DNA of 37,033 bases from Octopus bimaculoides (lineage: Eukaryota). Both the position numbers and the translations under genes were made by a program. Below are positions 12,541-23,700 of the stretch, in pieces. The stretch lies in NCBI RefSeq assembly GCF_001194135.2, contig NC_068999.1:28979643-29016675 (forward strand). The letters run 5' to 3'. Position 1 is the stretch's first letter. Each line of letters starts with the position of its first letter. The notes beneath the pieces are model-generated. The model was not told the DNA's origin. It was given only the letters and a program-made list of their open reading frames with translations, and did no database searches.

Positions 12541-13080
12541 TCTTCTAACAATTAAGATAAGATTAATTCTAATTCTATTAACTTAATCATTTAAGAAAAT
12601 AGTTGCTTTCCATTTTATGCTTACCAAAGTTCCATGTGTTGCGTGAATATTACTTTGCATTTACCGTATACCTATTTCAATAATCAAATCGTGTAGCTTA
12701 TTTGTCTAATGGACTATCATACTAACATATCCATTCATCGTTCAGTCGTTTTATTTTACTGATGCCATTCATTATTCAGCGTTTTTATTATACTTATTTC
12801 TTATTAATATATGCATATTCGAAAAGTTATTTTTTTAAGAAAAGTTATTTTTTAAAATTTGGAGTGGTGGCGCAATAACAAGTAAAGAGATGCGTCTGAT
12901 TTTACTGACAGAGGGGAGATAATTCGTGAACTCGAGTAATGTTTTGTTTTCCTTCATCGAGCTTCGCTTTCATAGACTTCACTCTTTCTTTCTCTGTCCC
13001 CACCACATGCTTACGTAAGTACATGCATACACGCATGCATGCACATACACATGCATACATACATTACACTACACTACACT

Positions 13081-14554
13081 ACTCACTCTTTCATTGTGGA
13101 TGACACGAAACTATAGGCAAAGAATATGCATGAGATGAAAAAGAGCCTTGACCTGGTTACAACATTCTCAAAGAATATAGGGTTGGAGTTTGGTCAGGAT
13201 AAATGTTGTTATACGGTTGTGAAAAGAAGGAAAATGTAAAAGAAACTGACATTTTCATCAATGATCTAACTGTTTCCCCTGTATCTGACGAGGAATGTTA
13301 CAGGTACCTTGGGGTAGATGAAAACATATCTTACGATGACACTTGTTACAAGACGCATGTCACTAAAGAATATCTAAGTCGAATAAAGAAAATATGGACC
13401 TCGGAACTCTCTACATTCAATAAAACTGTGGCCCACAATGTGTTTGCTGTGCCAGTACTTCATACCAACATTTGGGTTACTTGATTGGACGCTTGATGAG
13501 ATCCGAACCATTGATGTAAAAACCCGGAAGATACTAACACACATAATTTCCACATCGTCAGTGACGTAGACCGCCTCTACCTAAAACGAAAACAAGGGGG
13601 AAGAGGCTTAACATCAATCCAAACTGTCTTTGAATGTCGTATCATATCACTTCGGCAACATCTTTCAACCACAAAGTGTCGAAGTGCACCTCTTGACCAA
13701 GTCTGCATACATGAGACTTGGAAAGCAGCATTCCTTGTCTGATAGCATTAAATACATGCCCAAAGAAGTCACACAACTCTACCACAACATATCAGATGAA
13801 AGGATAAGGGTATATCTGCAGAAGACCATGCATGATAGTAACATTGATCATTAAAGCAGTCTATCATGGACTAACAACCAGATTACTAACTCCCACTTTG
13901 GAGGGTATGCGTTTGCAATCCAGGAACAAGAAATATCAACCAAATATCTGATGCACAAAAGGGACAGAGATGCAGGAAAAGCAGCAAAATGTGATAACTG
14001 ATGCAGACTTTGTGGAGTTAACACTGAAGATATTACCCACATCATAAGCAGTTGTCTGAAAATGCCATTATGGTATTATCTGCCAATGAGACATGATGTA
14101 GCTGGGACACTGTATAATGAGATCCATCAGAAGGATAACCTCATGGCCAAAGAAGTAAGAACCTACAGTATGGAGTACTGGTGGAATGTCCCAGTGGAAA
14201 CCTCAATAAAATGTAAACATAATAGACCTGACATAGTAATTTGAGATAGAGAAGAGAAACTGTACAGTTGTGGAAATCAGCCGTCTAGTGAATGTTAACA
14301 TAAAGATCAGTGAAAAAGAAAATACCTATACTGAACTATTGAGGAATCTATAACTACTCTATCCAGATTACAAGTTCAGGTTTATACCTGTAATCATTGG
14401 GGCACTGGGATATGTACTACACTGCCTAAGTACCAATCTTGAGAAATTAGGCTTCTCAAAATCAGAAAGGTGAAAGCTGATTCAAAGACTGCAGATCCAA
14501 GCCATCACTGGAACTTCAAAAAACTGTAAAACTTTCCAGAAGTTTGTCATTTAA
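13081..14554 (+). mobile_element. R4/Dong-like non-LTR retrotransposon, 3' half (RT C-terminus, CCHC, restriction-like endonuclease), decayed
   Basis: THSFIVDDTKL*AKN (RT motif 5), GLEFGQDKC, YRYLGVDE, DRLYLKRKQGGRGL, CRLCGVNTEDITHIISSC (14002-14055), RHD, WWNVPV...NRPDIVI*DREEK..VVEI, PVIIGALG; stops and frameshifts. Confidence 0.9.
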
Positions 14555-14629
14555 GTATATATATGAGCATGTCTAGGCATGCAGCTATATGCATGTGAAT
14601 ACATACATAAAACAAAACATACAAATCTA

Positions 14630-16375
14630 CACATATGCATTCATGGTTACTAAGAGCTGTACAAGCCCTGTACAGAGATACCGCCAGTAAGGTGAGGGTT
14701 GGCAACGAGTATAGTGAAGATTTCTGGGTAGAAGTAGGGGTTCACCAAGGATCAGTCCTCTTATTCATTATAGTCCTCCAGGCAATAACAGAGGAATTCA
14801 AGACAGGCTGCCCCTGGGAGCTCCTCTATGCTGATGACCTTGCTCTAATAGCTGAGTCACTACCAGAACTAGAGATGAAGTTTCAAGAGTGGAAGCAAGG
14901 TCTAGAATCAAAGGGCCATAGAGTCAATCTAGCAAAAACCAAAGTCCTAGAAGGTGGACAAATCACAAACCCCTTCATGTAGATGGCCTTGCTCAATCTG
15001 TAGAAAAGGCATAGGTAGAAACTCTATAATCTATGGACACGTAAGAGGTGCAGCAATATCAAGGAAGATAGTTTTTGTGTGTGGCAGATGCACAGGGTCA
15101 ATAAACATCGAAGATGTACAGAAAACAGATTCCATCACATGCCAGGTGGGAGAAACTAGAAGTAGTTGATAGCTTCTGCTACCTAGGTGACCAAGTCTGT
15201 AGAAGGGGTGGATACTCTGAGAGTGTTGCCACTAGAATAAGAAAAACCTGGGCAAAATTCAGAAAGCTCCTACCTCTGCTGGTAACAAAGGGCCTCTTGC
15301 TCAGAGTGAAAGGTAGACTGTACGATGCATATGTGCAAACAGCCATGCTACATGACAGTGAAACATGAGCCATGACTGTCGAGGACATACGTAGGCTTGA
15401 AAGAAATAAAGCTTGTATGATCCACTGGATGTATAATGTCTGTGCATACATGACGGAGTGTATGTGCCCTGAGAGAAATGTTGGACATAAAAAGCATCAT
15501 ATGTAGTGTGCGAGTGAGATGACTGCACTGGTATGGTCATGTGCTGCATATGGATGAGGAGAGCTGTGTGAAGAAATGTCACACCCTAACAGTGGAAGGA
15601 ACCTGTGGAAGAGGCAGACCCAGAAAGACATGGGATGAGTTGGTAAAGCACAACCTTTGAACATTGAGTGTCACAGAGGCAATGACAAGAGATTGAGACC
15701 TTTGGAGATATGCTGTGATTGAGAAGACCCGGCAACTAAAGTGAGATCACAGCCGTGGCTGATACCAGTGTCGCATAACCAACCCATTTAAAAGTACCCT
15801 TGAATTGTCAGGTGATACGCTGTGCTTGAAAAGACCTGTTGAGTCAAGTGAAATCGAATCATGGCCAATGACCCAGCAAGTAAAGTGAGATCACAGCTAT
15901 GGCTGATACCAGTGTCGCATACCCAGCCCATTTAAAAGTACCCTTGAACCATCGGATGATATGCTGTGCTTGATAAGACCTATTGAGTTAAGTAAAATCG
16001 AAATCAGGATGGAAATCATAGTTGTGGCCAATGCCAGTGCTGCCTGACTGGCAACCATGCTGGTGGCACGTAATAAGCACCATTCAAGCATGGGTCGATG
16101 CCAGTGTCACCTGACTTTCTGCCAATGACACATAAAAAGCATCATCTAAATGTGGTCGATGCCAGTGCTGCCTGACTGGCTCCCATACCAGTGGCATGTA
16201 AAAGGTACCCACTACATTCTCAGAGTGGTTGGTGTTAGGAAGGGCATCCAGCTGCAGAAACTTTGCCAGATCAGACTGGAGCCTGGTGCAGCCAACTGGC
16301 TTGCCAGTCCTCAGTCAAACTATCCAACACATGCCAGCATGGAAACGGACGTTAAACGATGATGATGATGACGAT
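14630..16375 (+). mobile_element. 5'-truncated RTE-clade LINE with 3'UTR and (GAT)n tail, decayed
   Basis: VGVHQGSVL, WELLYADDLAL, VNLAKTKV, Cys-rich insert (WPCSICRKG...FVCGRC), FCYLGD, RVKGRLYDAYV, WYGHV, GRGRPRKTW; ORF ends ~15745; tail gatgatgatgatgacgatgac. Confidence 0.9.
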
Positions 16376-16499
16376 GACATACAAAAATACTCTGTTGATG
16401 TTGAAATTCCAATGAAGGAGCCTTGGATCGAAGTTAGAAACCGGCTCTTTCTCGATTGGCAAGAAATCTTGAAATAAAACTGAATAATGACATATACAG

Positions 16500-16869
16500 A
16501 CAAACAAACTGATGAGTAAGCAGATGGAAAGAAGGGAGTGTGAGTACGTGCCAAACAACTTTTGATAAATAAAGCTGTACTGCCTGAAGTAAGAAAACAT
16601 CAAAGAAACTTTGTGACATTAAGGTTTGATTATAGGAAAGCATTTGGCTATTCCTCATTTATGGCTACTGAAGTCCCTACACTTGGAAAAAATACCTGCT
16701 ACCTTAGCTGCTGTCATTGAAAAACCTGGGCAACAACCCCCACATTTACATTTGAGAGCCTCTGTTGTTATAGATATTTCAAAGAGAATGTTCCAAAGAG
16801 ATTAAAATTCTATAATTCTGTTTATTTTGGCATTAAATACATTATTATTTCTGCTGTAAAAATCCTTGC
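16500..16869 (+). mobile_element. Second R4/Dong-like fragment (RT N-terminal motifs), cut off by the telomere-like array
   Basis: E*ADGKKGV*VRAKQLLINKAVLPEVRKHQRNFVTLRFDYRKAF, IPHLWLLKSL, ISKRMFQRD*NSIILFILALNTLLFLL*KS correspond to EQ.G.K.G..G..EQLLINK...DY.KAFDS.PH.W and GIFQGDSLSPLLF.LALNPL. Confidence 0.8.
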
Positions 16870-19800
16870 AACCCTAAACACTGCACCTAACATTAAATCT
16901 AACACTAAACCTAACAATAACAGTAACACTGAACCTAAACCTAACTCTAAAACTAAACCTAACCCTAACTATAAGCCTAACCGCTACCCTAACCCTAACA
17001 CAAATGCTAACCCCAAACCTAACACTAACCCTAAACCTAACTCTAACCCTAAAACTAACCCTAACCCTAAACCAAAGCCATGCCCTAACACTAACCCTAA
17101 CCGTAAACCTAACCCTGAACCTAACCATAATTCTAACCCTAGCCCTAACCCTAACCCTCACACTGACCCTAACCCAAAACCTAACACTAATCCTAGCACT
17201 AACTCTAACACTAACCATAAAAAGAACACTAAACCCTAATCCTAAACCTAGACATAACCCTAACCCTAACAGCAAACCTAAACCTAACACTAACTCTAAC
17301 ACTAAACCTTACATTAACAGTAAAACTAAACCTAACACTAACCCTAAACCTAAACCTAAACCTAACCCTAACACTAAACCTAACTCTAAGCCTACCACTA
17401 ACTCTAAACCTAAACTTAAACTTACACTAGCCCTAACACTAAATTTAACCCTAACCCTAACCCTAAACTTAACCCTAACCTAACCCTAAACCTAAACCTA
17501 ACCCAAACACTAAACCTAACTCTAAACCTAAACCTAACCCTAACCATAATACTAAATCCAGCCCTTCCTTAACCCTAACTCTAGCTCTAACACTATCACT
17601 TACCCGAACCCTAACATCAACCCTAACCCACACCTTAACCCTAAACCTAACACTAACCACAACAGGAACACTAAGCTTAATCCTAACACTAGACTTAAAC
17701 CTAACCCATGCCATATCCCTAAACCTAAGCCTAACATTAAATCTAACCCTAACCCTCAACCTGACACAGACCCTAACACAAAACCTAAACTTGACCCTAT
17801 TACTCACCCTAACCCTAACGTCAACCCTAAACCTAACACTAACTGTAACAGGAACACTAACACTAATCCTAACCCTTTACCTAACCCTAACCACAAACCT
17901 AAATAAACAAAACCCTAAACCTAACACTAGCTCTAACACTAAACATAGTACTGAAAGTAACACTAAATATAACATCAACCAAAACAGTAACCCAAACCCT
18001 AAACCTAAATCTAACCCTAAACCTAATCTTAACCTTAAACCGAACACTGACCCTAACCCAAAACCTAACCCTAACCCAATCCCTTACCCTAATCATAATG
18101 TCAACCCTTACCCACACCATAATACTAAACAACACTAACCATAACAGGAACACTAACCCTAATCCTAAACCTAACCCTAAATCTAATCCTAAATTTAACA
18201 CTAACCCTAACACAAGACCTAACCCTAAACCTAACTGTAATCCTAACTCTAACCCAAACTCTAACCCTTACCCTAAATGTAACGTTAACCTTAAACCACA
18301 CCTTAACCCTAAACCAAACACTAAACCTAACACTAACCGTAACACGAACACTAAGCCTAATTCTAACCCTAGACTTAACACTAAACCTAACCCTAACCGT
18401 AAACTTAACCCTAAACCTAACTCTAACATTAACACTAACCCTAACACTAATACTAATGCTAATACCAGCCATAGCCCTAACATTAACCATGGCAATAACC
18501 CTAACCCTACACATAACACTAACCATAAAACTAGTACTGACCCTAACCTAAAACCTAACCCTAACCCTTACACTAACCCTTACCCTAACCCTAACATCAA
18601 ACCTAACACTAAACTTAATACCAACCATATCAGGAGCACTAACCCTAATCATAACTCTAGACTTAACACTAACACTAACCATAACCGCAAACCTAAACAA
18701 AACCCTAGACCAAACACTAATCGTAACAGTAACATTAAACCTAATACTAACATTAAACCTAAAACTAACCATAACTCTAACCCTACCCCTAACCCGAAAC
18801 CTAACTCTAACTCTCACCCTATCCCTAACACTAAACCTAACCCTAAATCTAACCACAAACTTAAAAATAACATTAACCTAACACTAAACATAACTCTAAC
18901 AGTAACACTAAACCTAACCCTAACTCTAAACCTAACCCTAACCATAAGCCTAAACCTTACCCTAACTCGAATGCTAACCCTAAACCTAAACATAACCCTA
19001 ACCCTAAAACTAACCCCAACCATAGTGCTAACCCTAACCCTAAACCTCACCCTAACTCTAACCCTAGCACAAACCATAACCCTAGCACTAACCCTAACCC
19101 GAAACTTGACACTAACCCTAACCCGAAACTTGACACTAACCCTATCCCTTACCTTAACACTAAAGTCAAACCTAATGCACGCCTTAACCCTATGCCTAAC
19201 ACTAACCATAACAGGAGCTCTAGCCCTAATCCTAACCTTAGACTCACCTCTAACCCTAATCCTAACCACAAACTTACACAAATCATTAAACTTAACACTA
19301 ATGCTAGAACTAACTCTAACACTAAACTGAACACTAACAGCAACACTAAACCTAACATTCACCATAAGAGTAACCCTAACTCTCAACGTAAACCTTATCC
19401 TAACCATAACACTAACCCTAACCCTAAAACTAAACCGAACAATAAAACTAACACTAACCCTAACCCTAAACCTAACCCTAGCCCTAAACCGAAACCTATC
19501 CTACCCATAAAATTAAACCTAACCCTAACCCTAAACCGAACACAAAAACTAACCCTAATCCTAACCCTAAACCTAACACTAACACTAAACCTAAATCTAA
19601 CCCTAAACCTAACCCTAGACTTAACCCAAACCCTAGCCATAGCCCTAACCCTAAACCTAAGCCTAACTCTAACACTAACCTTAACCCTAAAAAAAAACCT
19701 GACATTTACCCTAACACGAAACCTAGCACTTAACCTAACCCTAACACTAACACACACCTTTAACCTAAACCTAACACTAACCATAACGGAAACACTAACC

Positions 19801-20659
19801 CTAATCGTAACCCTTGATCTAACCCTAACCCTATACACAAACCTAAACAAAACCCTAAACCTCACACTAACACTAACCCTAACCATAAACCTAACCCTAA
19901 CCCTAACCCTAACACTCACCCTAACCCAAAACCTATCACTAATCCTATTCCTTATCCTAACCATAACGTCAAATCTAACCCACACCTTAACCCAAAATCT
20001 AACATTAAACATAACACTAACCGTAAAAACAAACAACAACCCTAATCTTAACATTAGATTTAACCCGAAACCTAACCCTAATGGCAAACCTAAACAAAAC
20101 CTAACACTAATCCCAGTACTAACTCTAATTATAAACCTCACGCTAACAGTAACTAAACCTAACCCTAACCTTAAACTTAACCCTCACCCTAACCATAAAC
20201 TTAACCCTCACCCTAAACCTAACCCTAACACTCAACCTAACCCTAAACCTAACACAAACCATAACCAAAAAACTAACCCTAACCCTAAAACTAACCCTAA
20301 CCTTAACCTAAACACTAACCGTAACAGGAACACTAACCGTAACAGGAATACTAACCGTAACAGGAACATTAACCCTAACCCTAGATATAACCCTAACCCT
20401 AAGCACAAACCTGAACAAAACCTAAACCTAAACACTAACCATGATGCTAACTCTAACACTAAAACTTACACTAACAGTAACACTAAACCTCACCCTAACC
20501 ATAACATTAAACCTAAACCTAACTCTAGCCCTCACTCTAACCATAACCATAAACCTAACCCTAACCATAAACCTAACCCTAGCCCTAACACTAAACCTAA
20601 CCCTAACCTTAAACCGAAAACTAAAATTAACCCTAAACTAACCCTAACCCTAAACCTAA

Positions 20660-20728
20660 NNNNNNNNNNNNNNNNNNNNNNNNNNNNNNNNNNNNNNNNN
20701 NNNNNNNNNNNNNNNNNNNNNNNNNNNN
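20660..20728. other. Assembly gap (69 N) with an 85-bp exact duplication on its flanks
   Basis: 20575-20659 is identical to 20729-20813. Confidence 0.95.
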
Positions 20729-23700
20729 AACCCTAGCCCTAACACTAAACCTAACCCTAACCTTAAACCGAAAACTAAAATTAACCCTAAACTAACCCTA
20801 ACCCTAAACCTAACCCTAAACCTAAATGTAATACTATACCAAGCCCTAGCCCTAGATCTAACCCGAACCCTAAACCTAACACTAAACCTAAGAGTAACAG
20901 GAACACTAACCCTAGTCCTAACCCTAGACTTTACTCTAAACCTAACCCTAGCCAAAGCCCTAACCCTAACCCAGACACTGACCCTAACACAAAATCTAAA
21001 CCTAACCCTATCCCTTACCCTAACCCTAACAGACACCTTAACACTAAACCTAAAACTAAATCTAACACTAACCGTAACAAGGACACTAACCTTAATCCTA
21101 ACTGCAAACCAAAGAAAACCCTAAACCTAACACTAACCCTAACACTAACTCTAACACTAAACCCAACACTAACAGTATCACTAAATCTAACATTAACTGT
21201 AACAGTAACCCCAACCCTAACACAAAACATAAACCTAAACCTAACACTGACACTAATCCGAAACCTATCCCTGACCCAATCCCTTACTGTAATCGTAACG
21301 TCAAACATAACCCATACCTTCACCCTAAACAAAACGCTAAACCTAACACTAGCCGTAACAGGAACACTAACTTCAAACCCAACCCTACGGTTAACTCTAA
21401 TGCTAACCCTAACTGTAAACCTAAAAAATCTAGACCTAACACTAAACCTAAATCTAACTCTAACACTAAACCTAACCCTAACCATAATCTTAAACCTAGC
21501 CCAAGCCCTAACCCTAACAGAGACACTAATCCTATCCATTACCCTAACCCTAACGTCAAACCTAACCCACACCTTAACCCTAAACCTAACAATAAACTAA
21601 CACTAACCTCAACAGGAACACTAACCCTAAACCTAATACTAACCCTCATTCTAACCCTAACCCGGACACTGACACTAACCCGAAACCTCACTCCAACCCT
21701 AATCTTAATGCACACTCTAACCCTTAACCTAACATGAGACCTAACCCTAACCGTAACCGTAACACTAAACACTAGCCCTAACCCTAACCCTAAATCTAAC
21801 CCTATTACCTACACTAAGCCTAATGTTAAACCTAACCCACACCTTGACCGTAACTCGCACATTAAACATAACACTAACTGTAACAAGAACACTAACCCTA
21901 ATCCTAATGCTAGACTTAACCCTAACCCTAACCCTAGCCATAGCCCTAACCCTAACCCTAACTCTGAACCTATGACTAACCCTAAAACAAAACATAACCT
22001 TAATGCTAAACTTGACACTGACCCTAAAAAGAAACCTAACTCTAACCCTATCACTTATCTTAACCCTGAGGAAAACCCTCACACACACCTCAACCCTAAA
22101 CCTAACACTAACCGTAATGGGAACACTAACCCTAATCCTAACTCTAGACCTGATCGTAACCCTAACTGCAAACCTATACAAAACCCTAAACCTAACACCA
22201 ACCCTAACGCTAATTCTAACAATAAAACTAACAATAACAGTAACACTAAACCTAACATTGACAGTAACAGTAACCCTAACCCTAATACTAACGCTAACGC
22301 TAATAATAACACTAACCCTAGCCCTAACCCAACATTAAACGTAACCCTAACCAAAACACAAACACTACACCTCACCGTAAAACTAACCCTAAAACCTAAC
22401 TCCAACGCTAACCCGAATCCTAACCATAAACCTCACCCTCAATCTCACCCTAAACATAACACAAAACCTAACTGTAAAACTAACTCTAACATTAACCCTA
22501 ACCCTTACCCTAAACCTAACACTAACCCTAACTTTAACACTAACCCTCATCCTAACACTAAATCTAACCATAACCCTAAACTTAGCCATAAAACTAATGC
22601 TTACACAAATCCTAACACTAACCCTAACTGTAACCCTACCAGTAACCGTAATCCTCACCCTGACACTAACACTAACATTAAGCCTAAGCCTAATCCTAAT
22701 GTTAACACTAACACTAAAATTAGCACTAAACCTAAACTTAACCCTAACACTAAACTTAAACTCTACACCCTAACCCTAACCTTAACCCTCACTCAAACAC
22801 TAACCCTAAGTCTAACCCTAACACTAAACAAAATGCTAACTAACCCTAATACTAACCCTAACGCTTACCATAAGCCTAACCCAAAACTTAATCCTAAACC
22901 TAACCATAAACTTAACTCTAAAACTAACCCTAACACGAACCCTAACCCAAAAGCCAAACCTACACCGAAACCTAAACATAAGCCTAAAACTTACACTTAC
23001 ACTAACCCTCACCCTAATCCTAACCCTAACCCTAAACCTAACGCTAACCCAACCCCAAACCTAACCCTTAACCTATCCCTAACTCTAACCCTACCCTAAA
23101 ACTATCACTAACATTAATCCTAAACCTAACCCTAACACTAAACGAAAAACTAGCACTAACCCCAACACTAACTCTATACCTAACCTTCACCCTAACCTTA
23201 AACCTACCACTAACCCTAAACCTAACACTAACCCTAAACCTAACCCTTACCCTAACACTAAACCTAACCCTAACCCTAAACCTAATCCTAACCCTAAACC
23301 TAAACCTAACCAACCCTATCACTACTCCATGCCCTAAACCTAACCCTAACACTAACCCTAAAATATAACCCTAACCCGAACCCGAACCCCAAAACTCACA
23401 CTCAACCTAACCCTAAACCTAACCTTAAAACTGAACCTGGCCCTAACACTAACCCTAACCATACAACTAAGCCTAATCCTAACGCGAAACCTAGCCCTAA
23501 CCCTAAACCTAACGCATACAGTAAACCTAACCCTAACCCTAAACTTTAGACTACCCCTAACACTAACGCTAACCCCAAACCTATCCCTAAACCTTACAGT
23601 AAACCTAACCCTAAAACTAATTCTAACCCTAATCAAATGCTAAACATAACCGAAACCATAACACTAACCCTAAACCTAACTCTAAAACTAACCCTGACTT

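Noticed and set aside
16631-16641. tataggaaagc matching the palindrome arm at 36701 as a possible far-left element end
   Set aside because: It is the DYRKA codons of the R4-like RT; a 10-11 bp AT-rich match is expected by chance.
20575-20813. 85-bp exact direct repeat
   Set aside because: Flanks the N gap exactly; typical unmerged contig overlap, not biology.
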